DNA from: Bacteroidales bacterium
GTDB taxonomy: Bacteria; Bacteroidota; Bacteroidia; Bacteroidales; F082
Length of the DNA: 64,000 nt
Assembly: GCA_017645245.1 (NCBI GenBank)
Contig: JAGCPG010000022.1
Location: 9,519 to 73,518, forward strand
Reading direction: 5' to 3'
Numbering within the stretch: the first letter of the stretch is position 1; the number at the start of each line of letters is the position of its first letter. The notes below the pieces were generated by a model. It saw nothing but the letters and a program-made list of their open reading frames with translations. It made no database searches and had not been told where the DNA came from. The position numbers and the translations under genes were made by a program. Below are positions 20,817 to 31,410 of this stretch, in pieces.

Positions 20817-22232
20817 TTATTCCTTTTTTGCTTTCCGCTTGAAGATTTTCGTTCGTAACATAAACACCGTCAACGCTGCCCAGAAGACTACCAGGATCCC
20901 CAATGTGATCCATGTGGAGGTCAGACTTTGTGGCGCAATGCCTACCAACAACAGCACGGGGAAGCCTAACACAATGGCGGCAAGTGCCTGTAGCACAAGG
21001 TTGTTGGCTGCAGGGGTCTCAAACTTCGGGTCGATCTCGCGCAAGAGGATCATGCCGTTGGAAGCGGTGCCGGTCAACATGCCGAACATCGAGAAAAAGC
21101 CTTCGTACTTGTAGTCGGGATACAAGTGTTTGCTGATCCAAAGCACATAGATAAAGGTGACTGCCGCGCCTAACAAACAGATGATGATGAATGGCAGTAT
21201 GAACTTGCCAAACTCGTCGAAGCTAATGGCGGCGGTACCAGCCACGATCATGATGTCAAAGCAGAAGCCTCCTATGCGGTTCAACATATAATTATTAATG
21301 TATTCGCGGCGGACGATCTTCACCTTCTTGAAACGGTTCAGGATGTTCTTGAAAAGGACGCCGAACAGCGTGCCCAACAGGAAGTTGAATCCCCAAAGCA
21401 GCGGCTTCAAGGTGTTGGTTCCGAAATTGCCCAGTTCCATGCCTTGGATCCAGTTGGTGAACAGATAAACCAGGAAATACACGAACAACACCATGCAGAT
21501 CTGCACCGAGAGCTTGTCGATGGACTCTGCATCTGGGATCTCCCCCTTGCCCTCATAGTCCTCCAGCTTATTGACCTGAGCCGCTTCGATCTTCTTTTGC
21601 GACAGCTTGCCTTTGCGTCTCAGGATGTTCATGTAAACGACGCCGATCACGCTTCCCACGATGAATCCCATGGCGGCAATGGAAAGTCCGAAGTCGGCAC
21701 CAGCGAAGTCGATACCTTGTTGGGCAGCCCATCCTGTGTATATCTTACCGATGTTCAGTGCCTGTCCGGGTCCTTGTCCGTAGCCCATCGGCAGCAGCAA
21801 TCCAGCAGCATAGAAGAGCTTTTTTCCAAAGAGGAAGAACGGTATGGAGACCAACAGACCTACGATACCTTGAATGACGTACGACGATGCCGTCAGCGCA
21901 CCGGTCTCAATCACCTTCATCGGTGTGGATTTCGACTCTACCTTGTTGTTTTTCAGTGCCAAAGCTACAAAACCCAAGCCCAAGGCATGATAGGTAACGA
22001 TCTCCATCACGGACTTGTTGATCAGCTCACGACATTCTGGAAAAGCCTTGAAAATCAATAGCAGCAAGCCGCCCAACAAAGCCGATGGCAAGAGGCTTTT
22101 CTTCAGGAATGGAATATTGGTCCTTAAAAGGTTACCCAACAAAAGGGCGGTTGCCAAAATGCAGAATTGAATTAACCATTGCCAAGCCTCGGGCCGGTCA
22201 AAGGTCATCACGGTGGTGTCAAGGATTGTCAT
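20817..22232 (-). CDS. sodium/glutamate symporter family (ESS/GltS-like) permease
   Basis: 471 aa polytopic protein. The N-terminus (LIQFCILATALLLGNLLRTNIPFLKKSLLPSALLGG) resembles GltS. Confidence 0.6.
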   Translation of the reverse strand: MTILDTTVMTFDRPEAWQWLIQFCILATALLLGNLLRTNIPFLKKSLLPSALLGGLLLLIFKAFPECRELINKSVMEIVTYHALGLGFVALALKNNKVESKSTPMKVIETGALTASSYVIQGIVGLLVSIPFFLFGKKLFYAAGLLLPMGYGQGPGQALNIGKIYTGWAAQQGIDFAGADFGLSIAAMGFIVGSVIGVVYMNILRRKGKLSQKKIEAAQVNKLEDYEGKGEIPDAESIDKLSVQICMVLFVYFLVYLFTNWIQGMELGNFGTNTLKPLLWGFNFLLGTLFGVLFKNILNRFKKVKIVRREYINNYMLNRIGGFCFDIMIVAGTAAISFDEFGKFILPFIIICLLGAAVTFIYVLWISKHLYPDYKYEGFFSMFGMLTGTASNGMILLREIDPKFETPAANNLVLQALAAIVLGFPVLLLVGIAPQSLTSTWITLGILVVFWAALTVFMLRTKIFKRKAKKE

Positions 22233-22304
22233 AGCTTTTGAAATTAGTATGCAAACGTACTAATTTTATCGCAAAGGGCAAAACAAAAGTTGTAATTTTG
22301 CACC

Positions 22305-22877
22305 ATGAATATCGCATTTCAGCTTTTCGCCACCTTTTTTAAAATAGGCGCCTTCACCTTGGGCGGCGGTTATGCCATGCTCTCGATGGTGGAGAAAGCT
22401 GTGGTCGACCAAAAGAAGTGGATTCCCTCCGACGAGTTTTGGGACATGATGGCCATTGTCCAGTCACTGCCGGGTGTGTTTGCCGTGAATACCGCCTTGT
22501 ATGTGGGCCATAAGATCGCAGGCAGAAAAGGTGCTGCCGCAGCCATGCTTGGTGCCATCATCCCTTCCATCGTCATCATCCTGCTGTTGGCCACTATTTT
22601 CAGCGAATACCGCAACCTTCCCGTTGTGGAACGCATCTTCAAAGGCATCCGTCCTTGCGTGGTCGCACTGATCCTGTCGCCATCCATAAGGATGATCAAA
22701 TCCGCCAAAGTCAACTGGAAGACTGCCATCATTCCCATCGCGACCGTCTTCCTCATCTGGTGGTGCAAGGTCTCTCCCACCATCGTCATCATCGCTGCCA
22801 TCGCAGGCAGCCTGATCTACGCCCTGATCATGGAACGCAAAGTCAAACAATCGGTTAACGAGGAGGGCAAGCCATGA
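22305..22877 (+). CDS. chromate transporter family protein (half-size CHR, first of pair)
   Basis: FFKIGAFTLGGGYAMLSMVEKAVV motif. Confidence 0.8.
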   Translation: MNIAFQLFATFFKIGAFTLGGGYAMLSMVEKAVVDQKKWIPSDEFWDMMAIVQSLPGVFAVNTALYVGHKIAGRKGAAAAMLGAIIPSIVIILLLATIFSEYRNLPVVERIFKGIRPCVVALILSPSIRMIKSAKVNWKTAIIPIATVFLIWWCKVSPTIVIIAAIAGSLIYALIMERKVKQSVNEEGKP

Positions 22878-23413
22878 TCTATCTGCAGCTGCTTTGGGTG
22901 TTCGTCAAGATTGGCGTGTTGGGCTTCGGTGGCGGCTATGCCATGCTTTCGCTGATTGAGCATGAAGTGGTCGACAACTATGGTTGGATGACAACCACCG
23001 ACTTTGCCGATATGGTGGCCATCTCGCAGATGACGCCGGGACCGATCTCCATCAACATGGCCACTTACGTGGGCTATACGACGGGCGGCTTCTTCGGGTC
23101 GCTCCTCGCCTCTTTCGCCATCTGTCTGCCTTCGCTCGTCATGGTGTATCTCATCATCCGGTTGTTCATGGAAAAGAAAACCAGCTCGCTGTTGGGCAAC
23201 CTGCTGAAAGGCTTGAAGCCTGCCATCGCGGGATTGATCTTCGCCGCCGGCCTCTCCATGATGAACACGCAGAATTTTGTGGAGATAGGCAAAGGCGAGA
23301 ACAACATCAGCATCGTGATTTGTGTCCTCGCCTTTGTGACCTCCTATTTCTTCAAGGCCAACCCGATCCTGCTACTTGTGCTGTCGGGCGTTGTGGGGTA
23401 TTTCGTGTATTAG
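22874..23413 (+). CDS. chromate transporter family protein (half-size CHR, second of pair)
   Basis: FVKIGVLGFGGGYAMLSLIEHEVV motif. 4-nt ATGA overlap with the first half. Confidence 0.8.
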   Translation: MIYLQLLWVFVKIGVLGFGGGYAMLSLIEHEVVDNYGWMTTTDFADMVAISQMTPGPISINMATYVGYTTGGFFGSLLASFAICLPSLVMVYLIIRLFMEKKTSSLLGNLLKGLKPAIAGLIFAAGLSMMNTQNFVEIGKGENNISIVICVLAFVTSYFFKANPILLLVLSGVVGYFVY

Positions 23414-25188
23414 TTCTCCTTGAACATATTGTTGATCACCTCTTTGTATTTCTCGGCGATCTTTCTGCGTTTCACCTTCAATGTAGGCGTCAGCAAGCCG
23501 TTGCCCACGCTCCATTCGTCGGCGAGTAGCACGTGTTTCTTGATCTTCTCGGTCTCGCCCAAGCCCTTGTTCAGCTCTTGAACCTCCTTGGCCATGAGCT
23601 TCAGCACTTCAGGATTTCTGATGATGTCCTCAGGAGTGGTGTATTTGATCTTTTGGGTGGCGCACCAGTTCTTCAGCTCGGTGAAGCTGGGAACGATGAG
23701 GGCTCCCGCAAACTTCTGGTTCTCGCCCACCACCACGATCTGCTCGATCAGCTTGGAGGCGCAGAACTTGGTCTCAATGACATCGGGATTGATGTACTTG
23801 CCGCCGGAGGTCTTGAACAAGCTCTTGATGCGGCCGGTGATGACCAGCAGTCCGTTTTCGTTGAAGCGGCCCATGTCGCCGGTATGGAACCAACCGTCTT
23901 TGTCAATGACTTCGGCAGTCAGTTCGGGACTCTTGTAATAGCCCAGCATGACATTGTGTCCACGGCAGATGATCTCGCCTTCGTCGGAAATCTTTACCTC
24001 CACGCCTTTCAACGGAGGACCAACACAGCCAACTTCACGCTGGTGGGGTCCTTGGTCGCTCACAGCGATCACGGGTGAGGTCTCAGTCAAGCCGTAGCCT
24101 TCGAAAACAGGCATCTTGATGGCGGAGAAGAAAGCGGCGATACGCACATGCAAAGCCGCTGCGCCTGACACCACACGCTCGAAGCGGTCGGCACCGATCT
24201 TCTGGCGGATCTTGGAGTAAACCAGCTTGTCGGCAATACGCAGCTTGAAGTTGTAAAGCCATGAACGGCTGTCGTCGTCAATCTTGTAGCGCTCGGCGAG
24301 TCTGACGGCCCAGAAGAAGATGATCTTCGAGATGCCTTTCATCTTCTTGCCGGAGGCGATGATGCCTTCGTAAAAGCGCTCCAGCACGCGGGGCACGCAG
24401 CACATCATCGATGGGCGTAGCTCACGGATGTTGTCGGCCAAAGTGGCAAGGCTTTCGGCGTAGTAAATAGCCATGCCCTTGTATTGATAAGTGTAAATCA
24501 ACAGACGCTCGTAGGCATGACATTCAGGCAGGAACGAGAAGGCGATGGCGCCAGGCTTGCATGAAATGATGTGTTCCACACTTAAAATCTGGTTGATGAT
24601 GTTCGAGTGGCTCAGCATCACGCCTTTGGGCGTGCCGGTGGTGCCTGAGGTATAGATCAAGGTCATGCAGTCAGTGTATTGCACGGCGGCCTTGCGGCGT
24701 TCCAGCTCTTCGGCATGTGGATGCTCGGTGCCCAGGTTGATCAGCTGTTCGAAATAGGGATATTTCTCACGGTCAACCATCGTGTAGACGTACTTCAGGC
24801 CTGGGATTTCGGGCAATACGTTGGTCACCTTGTTCATGACCGCGATGCCGTCGAGAAACACCAACTTGGCCTCGCAATCGTTCAGGATGAAATGATAGTC
24901 TTCCTGACTGATGGTCGGATAAATGGGCACGTTGATGGCGCCGATCTGCATGACAGCCATGTCGATGATGTTCCATTCAGGACGGTTGCTGACGATAAAT
25001 GCCACTTTGTCGCCAGGCTGGATGCCCAGCTCGATCAAGGCATAGCTCAGTTTGTTGGTCAGGTCGATATACTCATGTATAGTATAGGTCCGCCATTCAC
25101 CGTCTTTCTTGCCGGCAAGAGCCACGGGCTGATCTGCATATTTCTCCAGATAATTCGGTAAAAGATCGAATAATCGTCTGATTTCCAT
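23410..25188 (-). CDS. long-chain fatty-acid--CoA ligase (AMP-binding enzyme)
   Basis: LIYTSGTTGTPKGVMLSH AMP-binding motif, GWFHTGDMG, GRIKSLFKTSGGKYI. Confidence 0.8.
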   Translation of the reverse strand: MEIRRLFDLLPNYLEKYADQPVALAGKKDGEWRTYTIHEYIDLTNKLSYALIELGIQPGDKVAFIVSNRPEWNIIDMAVMQIGAINVPIYPTISQEDYHFILNDCEAKLVFLDGIAVMNKVTNVLPEIPGLKYVYTMVDREKYPYFEQLINLGTEHPHAEELERRKAAVQYTDCMTLIYTSGTTGTPKGVMLSHSNIINQILSVEHIISCKPGAIAFSFLPECHAYERLLIYTYQYKGMAIYYAESLATLADNIRELRPSMMCCVPRVLERFYEGIIASGKKMKGISKIIFFWAVRLAERYKIDDDSRSWLYNFKLRIADKLVYSKIRQKIGADRFERVVSGAAALHVRIAAFFSAIKMPVFEGYGLTETSPVIAVSDQGPHQREVGCVGPPLKGVEVKISDEGEIICRGHNVMLGYYKSPELTAEVIDKDGWFHTGDMGRFNENGLLVITGRIKSLFKTSGGKYINPDVIETKFCASKLIEQIVVVGENQKFAGALIVPSFTELKNWCATQKIKYTTPEDIIRNPEVLKLMAKEVQELNKGLGETEKIKKHVLLADEWSVGNGLLTPTLKVKRRKIAEKYKEVINNMFKEN

Positions 25189-25338
25189 ATAATTAGTTGC
25201 TCGTTATCGTTGTTATAACCTGCAAATATAAAAACTATTTCGTTACGGTTTCAAAAAAAATGACAATATGTCACAAAAACTGGTTTGGTAAAGGGTTTGA
25301 TGGAAGCGTGAAACTGTAAAAACAAAAACATAAAGAAC

Positions 25339-27441
25339 ATGGAAAAACAAAACTATCAAAACAACCAAAAGTACGAGTCGCTGAACCGTTACGCCAAAAA
25401 CCTGAACGAATTGGCGAAGAACGGCAAGCTCGACCCTGTAATTGGACGTGACGAGGAAATCCGGCGTGTGCTGCAGATCCTGTCACGTCGAACCAAAAAC
25501 AACCCTATCTTGATCGGTGAGCCTGGCGTCGGCAAGACCGCCATCGTCGAAGGCCTCGCCCAGCGTGTCGTCAATGGCGACGTGCCTGAGAACCTGAAGA
25601 ACAAGATGGTCTTCTCGCTCGACATGGGTGCCTTGATCGCTGGTGCCAAGTACCAAGGCGAGTTCGAGGAACGTCTGAAGAGCGTCATCAAAGAGGTCGT
25701 CGAAAGTGCCGGCGACGTGGTGCTGTTCATCGATGAGATCCACACCTTGGTGGGTGCGGGTGCCACCGGCGGCGCCATGGACGCAGCCAACATCCTGAAG
25801 CCTGCCCTTTCACGTGGAGAACTCCAGTGCATCGGTGCCACCACCCTGAAGGAATACCAGCAATATTTTGAAAAGGACAAGGCTTTGGAGCGTCGTTTCC
25901 AGATCGTCATGGTCGACGAACCTGACGAGGCTTCGGCCATCTCCATCCTCCGTGGCCTGAAGGAACGTTACGAGAACCACCACCATATCCGTATCTTGGA
26001 TGAGGCCATCGTGGCCGCCGTACAGCTCTCGGTGCGTTACATCTCCGACCGTTTCCTGCCCGACAAGGCCATCGACTTGGTCGATGAGGCCGCTGCCCGT
26101 CTGCGTCTACAGATCGACTCGGTGCCTGAGGATCTCGAGAATGTGGAACGTGCCATCCGGCAGCTCGAAATCGAGCGTGAGGCGCTGAAGCGCGAAAACG
26201 ACAAAAAGAAGGTGGCTGAATTGGGCCAGGAGCTCGACAAACTGAACGCCCAAAAGGCTGAGATCAAAGCTAAATGGGAGAAAGAACGTCATTTTGTGGA
26301 GATCATCCAAAAGGAAAAGAACAACATCGAACAATACAAGCACCAGGCTACCGTGGCCGAACGCGATGGCGACTATGGTCGAGTGGCTGAGTTGCGTTAC
26401 GGCAAGATCCGCGACGCCGAAGCTGCCATCGAAAAGGCCAAGGCCGACCTGTTGAAGGTCCAAGGCGATCATCCGCTGATCGATGAGGAGGTCTCCTACC
26501 AGGATGTGGCTGAGATCGTGTCGCGTTGGACGGGCATCCCCGTGAAGAAAATGATGCAGAGCGAGCGCGAAAAGCTGCTGAACCTTGAAGCCGAGCTGCA
26601 CAAGCGTGTGGTTGGCCAAGACGAGGCCATCCGGGCCGTTTCCGATGCCATCCGTCGTAGCCGTGCCGGCTTGCAGGACTCCAAGCGACCCATCGGATCG
26701 TTCATCTTCATGGGTACCACCGGTGTCGGTAAAACCGAGCTGGCCAAGGCGTTGGCTGAGTTCCTCTTCGACAACGAGAACAACATGGTGCGTATCGACA
26801 TGTCCGAATACCAGGAGCGTCACACGGTCTCGCGTTTGATCGGCGCGCCTCCAGGATACGTCGGCTACGAAGAGAGTGGCCAACTCACTGAAGCCGTACG
26901 GCGCAAGCCGTACTCGGTGATCTTGCTCGATGAAATCGAGAAAGCTCACCCGGATGTTTTCAACATCCTGCTTCAAGTGCTCGACGACGGCCGTCTAACC
27001 GACAACAAGGGCCGTACGGTCGACTTCAAGAACACCATCGTCATCATGACCTCCAACGTGGGCGCCGGCTTGAAAGACCCTGATGCCGTGATGAACGAGT
27101 TGCGTAAGGTGATGCGTCCTGAATTCCTGAACCGTATCGACGACATCATCATCTTCGATGACTTGAGCGAAAGCCAGATCGCCGAGGTGGTCAGGATGCA
27201 GTTCAACCGCGTGAAGAAGATGCTCGAAGAGAACAACATCAGCATCAATATCACTGACGAGGCGGTCAATCTCATCGCCCGCCAGAGCTACGACCCGCAA
27301 TACGGCGCACGTCCTGTGAAACGTATGATGCAGCGTGAGTTGCTGAACGAGCTCTCCAAGATGATCCTCGCCGACCAGGTCGACAAGACCAAACCGATCA
27401 CCGTGACCGTCAAAGACGGGAAACTGAACTTTGAAAACTAA
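25339..27441 (+). CDS. clpB: ClpB-type AAA+ disaggregase lacking the N-terminal domain
   Basis: Two Walker A sites ([16 protein letters not shown]), a long coiled-coil middle domain and [26 protein letters not shown] near residue 30. It is 700 aa, versus about 860 aa recalled for typical ClpB. Confidence 0.85.
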   Translation: MEKQNYQNNQKYESLNRYAKNLNELAKNGKLDPVIGRDEEIRRVLQILSRRTKNNPILIGEPGVGKTAIVEGLAQRVVNGDVPENLKNKMVFSLDMGALIAGAKYQGEFEERLKSVIKEVVESAGDVVLFIDEIHTLVGAGATGGAMDAANILKPALSRGELQCIGATTLKEYQQYFEKDKALERRFQIVMVDEPDEASAISILRGLKERYENHHHIRILDEAIVAAVQLSVRYISDRFLPDKAIDLVDEAAARLRLQIDSVPEDLENVERAIRQLEIEREALKRENDKKKVAELGQELDKLNAQKAEIKAKWEKERHFVEIIQKEKNNIEQYKHQATVAERDGDYGRVAELRYGKIRDAEAAIEKAKADLLKVQGDHPLIDEEVSYQDVAEIVSRWTGIPVKKMMQSEREKLLNLEAELHKRVVGQDEAIRAVSDAIRRSRAGLQDSKRPIGSFIFMGTTGVGKTELAKALAEFLFDNENNMVRIDMSEYQERHTVSRLIGAPPGYVGYEESGQLTEAVRRKPYSVILLDEIEKAHPDVFNILLQVLDDGRLTDNKGRTVDFKNTIVIMTSNVGAGLKDPDAVMNELRKVMRPEFLNRIDDIIIFDDLSESQIAEVVRMQFNRVKKMLEENNISINITDEAVNLIARQSYDPQYGARPVKRMMQRELLNELSKMILADQVDKTKPITVTVKDGKLNFEN

Positions 27442-27482
27442 GTTTAGTTGGAAGTTGGAAGTTAACTGATAACTCCCAACTA

Positions 27483-28997
27483 TCAACTCCTAACTGTTTT
27501 TGTGGTCACCCAAGAGGACTTGAAGAAAATCAACAACACGGTGATGATCTCCAAACGACCGATCAGCATATCGGTGCAGAGAATCCACTTGGCCGCCGTT
27601 GGCAGGTCAGCCAAACTAGAACCTGGGCCTGTGGCTCCCGAGCCCATGCCCAGGTTGCTGAAACAGGTGATGAACGCAATGCTGGCGTCTTCCAGACTCA
27701 TTCCCGTGAAGGTCAACGCCAAAATGTTGACGACAAAAAGAATCATGAAAAGTGACAGGAAGTTGCAAATGCGCTTCACCGTCAACTCATCCAAGGTCTG
27801 CCCTGACAGCTTCACCGAATACATCCCAGTGGGATGAATCAGTTCACGCAAGGCGTTGCGGATGAACTTGAAAATCACGATGACCCTGACCATCTTGAAA
27901 CCGCCGCTGGCCGATCCCGCACAGCCGCCCACAATCTGCATCAGCAGCGTGGGAACCACAAACAGCAAGCCCCACAGGTCGTAATTGTAGTTTTGCCCCA
28001 CAAAGCCGGTATTCGACAGCATCGAAGCCACATGGAACGAAGAGACGTGGAAAGTGTCCCTTGCTCCTTGGGGATAGCAGGCAAGCTGCTCGGCGGTGAT
28101 GCTCTGGTTGTAAGGCGCCACATAGAACAAGCCCATGAAAACAGCCGTCATCACCACCAACGAAATCAGATAGACGCGAACCTCCTCGTTGCTTCGCAAG
28201 AGATCGAAACGGCCTCTCACCAAAAAGAAAAACAAGGCGAAATTGATCGATGACATGATCATGAAGACCATCGCTACGTTTTCAATGTAATTGGACTGGT
28301 AAAACCCAAGAGCGTCCTGATGGGTGCTGTATCCTCCAGTGGAGATGGTGGTCATGGAATGGCAAACCGCGTCGAACAGCGACATGGGTCCAAGGCAGTA
28401 CAACACCGTACACGACACCGTGAAGAAAATATAGATGAACCAAAGTATGCGCGCCGTGCCATGCATGGTAGGTGACAGCTTCTCCACAGTCACCCCCGGT
28501 GCCTCGGCGGCAAACAGGGAACTCTTTCGGGAACCCTTGGCCACCGATGGGATGAACGCGAGCGTGAACACCACGATGCCCAAACCTCCAAGCCACTGCA
28601 TGATACTGCGCCAAAACAGCACGCCATGGGTCTGTTCGTCAACATTCTTGAGTATGGTGGATCCCGTTGTGGTGAACCCTGAAATGGTCTCAAAAAACGC
28701 ATCGGTCACATTGTCGATGGCGCCACTCAACAGGAACGGCATCATCCCAAACAAGGAAAAGATGATCCAGGCGAGTGACACGATCACAAAGGTATCGTCG
28801 CCGTCCATGCCGGTTTTTTGGAAATAGCCGATCAAATACAGCACCAACCCCACGGCTCCCGTCATGGCAGCACTCATCAAAAAGGCTGTGTAATCGTCCT
28901 CGCCACAGTGGATATGGTAGTACCACGCTACCGCCGCAGTCAGCAGCAAGGCCGCTGTCTCGATGAATAGCAATACTCCAAACAACCTAATTTTCAT
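27483..28997 (-). CDS. trkH: TrkH-family potassium uptake protein
   Basis: 504 aa polytopic protein with repeated selectivity-filter-like TTTG/STGG/NTGF/NLGMG loops. Confidence 0.85.
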   Translation of the reverse strand: MKIRLFGVLLFIETAALLLTAAVAWYYHIHCGEDDYTAFLMSAAMTGAVGLVLYLIGYFQKTGMDGDDTFVIVSLAWIIFSLFGMMPFLLSGAIDNVTDAFFETISGFTTTGSTILKNVDEQTHGVLFWRSIMQWLGGLGIVVFTLAFIPSVAKGSRKSSLFAAEAPGVTVEKLSPTMHGTARILWFIYIFFTVSCTVLYCLGPMSLFDAVCHSMTTISTGGYSTHQDALGFYQSNYIENVAMVFMIMSSINFALFFFLVRGRFDLLRSNEEVRVYLISLVVMTAVFMGLFYVAPYNQSITAEQLACYPQGARDTFHVSSFHVASMLSNTGFVGQNYNYDLWGLLFVVPTLLMQIVGGCAGSASGGFKMVRVIVIFKFIRNALRELIHPTGMYSVKLSGQTLDELTVKRICNFLSLFMILFVVNILALTFTGMSLEDASIAFITCFSNLGMGSGATGPGSSLADLPTAAKWILCTDMLIGRLEIITVLLIFFKSSWVTTKTVRS

Positions 28998-29006
28998 GGC
29001 ATTGCA

Positions 29007-29417
29007 TCACCATTTTTCAGCCCATCCGTCGCCGTAGTCGAAGTCGTCATCCTCCTCGTCATCGTCGCTTTCCTCGTGATACGAGTCGTCGGCAAGCGGC
29101 TTCACCCACTTGCGGAAATTGGCCGAGGCGATGGCCATGATCTGACCGTCCTTCTCAGGCGAAACGGCGATATCGATCTCATCTCGCGTCAGCTCCTTCA
29201 GCCATACGGCGAGCTCCGAGAATCCCATCTCCGTAACCTCATACCCTTCCCAGTCCTCCACGGCGGCTTTGGCAGCCTTCGACTCCGACTCCCAAACAGG
29301 GATATAGGAGTTGCCTTCGGCGTCCTCCAACATGGCGAACATGCCCGTCATGGCTTCAAGCAACCACACCTTGCGGGTCTCGGAAATGACGTCAAGAAAG
29401 GATTCAATTGGATTCAT
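29007..29417 (-). CDS. DUF2750-like protein with acidic C-terminal tail
   Basis: 136 aa. VWLLEAMTGMFAMLEDAEGNSYIPVWESESKA pattern as recalled for DUF2750. Tail EESDDDEEDDDFDYGDGW. Confidence 0.4.
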   Translation of the reverse strand: MNPIESFLDVISETRKVWLLEAMTGMFAMLEDAEGNSYIPVWESESKAAKAAVEDWEGYEVTEMGFSELAVWLKELTRDEIDIAVSPEKDGQIMAIASANFRKWVKPLADDSYHEESDDDEEDDDFDYGDGWAEKW

Positions 29418-29420
29418 GGT

Positions 29421-31337
29421 TTATCGTTTTGCGTTTTTAAGTTGTTGCTGCTGAGCTTTTTGAGCTGCCTCCAAACGTTGCATGAACCTCGACTTCTTGG
29501 CGGGTTTCTTCTTGTTTTCCTCAATGGTTGCACGCACCTTGTCCTCGTCGATCATCTTGCGGAAGATGAACATCTGCAGGAAGGTGATGATGTTGGCAAG
29601 CATATAGTAGTAGCTCAATCCGGCGGAATAGCTGTTGAAGATGCCCAGGAACATGATCGGCATGATGTACATCATGATCTTCATGCCCTTCATCTGCGGA
29701 TTGGCCGTGGTGTCCATCTGCTTGTTGTTTACGTAAGTATAGATGAATGTGGTTACAGTCATCAGGAGGCAGAAGAGGCTCACGTGGTCTCCATAGAACG
29801 GAATGTTGAACGGCAGGTCAAGGATACTGTCGTAGGTTGAAAGGTCCTCCGCCCAGAGGAATGGCTGCTGACGCAATTCGATAGACGATGGGAAGAATCG
29901 GAATACGGCGATGAGGATCGGGAACTGGAGCAACATCGGGATGCAGCCCGCAGTGGGACTGGCCCCGGCCTGTTTCTGCAGGTTCATGATGGCCTGCTGT
30001 TTCTTCATGGCGTCCTCTTCCTTCGGATACTTGGCGTTGATGGCCTCGATCTCAGGCTTCAGCACACGGGTGACAGCCGTCGATTTGTACGACTTGAAAG
30101 CGATCGGGAACAGCAAAATCTTGATCAGGATGGTCAGGATCAGGATGACGATGCCGTAGTTCCAGCCGTAGGAACCCAGCCAGTTGAACACATAGATGAC
30201 GCCGTAGTTGATCCAACGGATCAGGAAAAAGTTACCCACGTCAATCTGGCGCTGCAGGTTCAAGCCGTAGCTCTTCAAGGTCTTGAAGTGGTTCGGGCCG
30301 AAATACATTGACATCGGGAACTCGTTGACGTCGGCGTGGAAATCGTAAGGAATCTCCACGCTCGACCCCATGGTTTTAAAATATTTGGGATTCTGCTTGC
30401 CCTTCTCAGTGCTGACGCTGAGTTTCGCACTCGAGAAACCATTCTTGGCCACAAGCACATTGCAGAAGAATCGTTCCTTGAACGACAACCAATTGATGCT
30501 TGAATTGATGGTCTCCTCCCCTTTTTTGCGGTCGTTGACGCGATCCACATCCGTCTCGTTCATGGCCTTGTAATAGACCGTGGTGTTGATGAAGCGGTCC
30601 ACGTCCTTCTCATGCTGCAACAGGTCCACTTGCCAGTTCAGGTCCATGTAGTTGATGTTGTCGGCGATGACGTCTTTCAAGCCTACGGTGCGCAAGTCGA
30701 AATCCAGCATGTAATTGTCATCGTACATGGTATAGACGAATTCAAGATACTGGTTTTCATTGCGTTGGCCGTTGATATCATCGACGTAGGCGCGCATGGA
30801 TACCTGGTTGCCATTGACGTAGGGCTCGAAATAAAGCTGCGAGGTGTTGATGATGCGGTTGTTCGAGAAGAACGATAGGTCGAAGATCGAAGTTTCCGGA
30901 TCAAAGCTGATCAAGGGCAACGAGTCGTAGGTCTGGTATTCTTTCAGCTCCACCTCCTTGATGGCGCCGCCTTTGTTGGTGAAGGTGATCTTCTGCAGGT
31001 CGGTTTCAACGGTCAACAACTGTTCTTCGCCCATCGCGGCTGAGGCAAAAGCGCCGTATTTGTCTTTGTTGATGCGGAATTGCCGGTCGGCTATGGTGGC
31101 TGAATCCATTTCCATCAAGGCCTTCTGCTGTTCCAAAGCCTCAAGGGTCTCTTCATTTTGTCTTTCTTCAGCCAACCTGATGGAATCGAGGATGGCGGCC
31201 TCACGGCGTGCCATCATGATGGAATCCTGGATGCGTTTCTGCTCGGCAAGCTCTTCCTGGGAGGGCTGCATCCACCACATCCAGCCGAAAAGAATTGCAG
31301 CGATAAGGATAAAACCAAAAAGGGATGATTTGTTCAT
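29421..31337 (-). CDS. yidC: membrane protein insertase YidC (long Bacteroidota form)
   Basis: 638 aa. Large periplasmic domain, then YGWNYGIVILILTILIKILLFP, GCIPMLLQFPILIAVF, and a basic C-terminus. Confidence 0.9.
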   Translation of the reverse strand: MNKSSLFGFILIAAILFGWMWWMQPSQEELAEQKRIQDSIMMARREAAILDSIRLAEERQNEETLEALEQQKALMEMDSATIADRQFRINKDKYGAFASAAMGEEQLLTVETDLQKITFTNKGGAIKEVELKEYQTYDSLPLISFDPETSIFDLSFFSNNRIINTSQLYFEPYVNGNQVSMRAYVDDINGQRNENQYLEFVYTMYDDNYMLDFDLRTVGLKDVIADNINYMDLNWQVDLLQHEKDVDRFINTTVYYKAMNETDVDRVNDRKKGEETINSSINWLSFKERFFCNVLVAKNGFSSAKLSVSTEKGKQNPKYFKTMGSSVEIPYDFHADVNEFPMSMYFGPNHFKTLKSYGLNLQRQIDVGNFFLIRWINYGVIYVFNWLGSYGWNYGIVILILTILIKILLFPIAFKSYKSTAVTRVLKPEIEAINAKYPKEEDAMKKQQAIMNLQKQAGASPTAGCIPMLLQFPILIAVFRFFPSSIELRQQPFLWAEDLSTYDSILDLPFNIPFYGDHVSLFCLLMTVTTFIYTYVNNKQMDTTANPQMKGMKIMMYIMPIMFLGIFNSYSAGLSYYYMLANIITFLQMFIFRKMIDEDKVRATIEENKKKPAKKSRFMQRLEAAQKAQQQQLKNAKR

Positions 31338-31347
31338 TTTAAAACCA

Positions 31348-31385
31348 AAAAATGGTAGAGACGTTTAGGCAAACGCCTCTACCCA
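31348..31385 (-). terminator. hairpin plus T-tract downstream of the GAPDH-like gene
   Basis: ggtagagacgttt (31354-31366) pairs with aaacgcctctacc (31371-31383) with one mismatch. On the minus strand a T-tract follows. It abuts the yidC start codon. Confidence 0.45.
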
Positions 31386-31410
31386 AAATCGTTTTAGAAT
31401 TTATTGATTA

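Noticed and set aside
22293-22300. taattttg as a -7 box for the first chromate transporter gene.
   Set aside because: It ends only 4 nt before ATG 22305, which is too close for a transcript to include the start codon.
25189-25338. The possibility that clpB is a frameshifted pseudogene with its N-domain upstream.
   Set aside because: Only 150 nt separate it from the divergent acyl-CoA ligase gene. That is too short to encode an N-domain in any frame.
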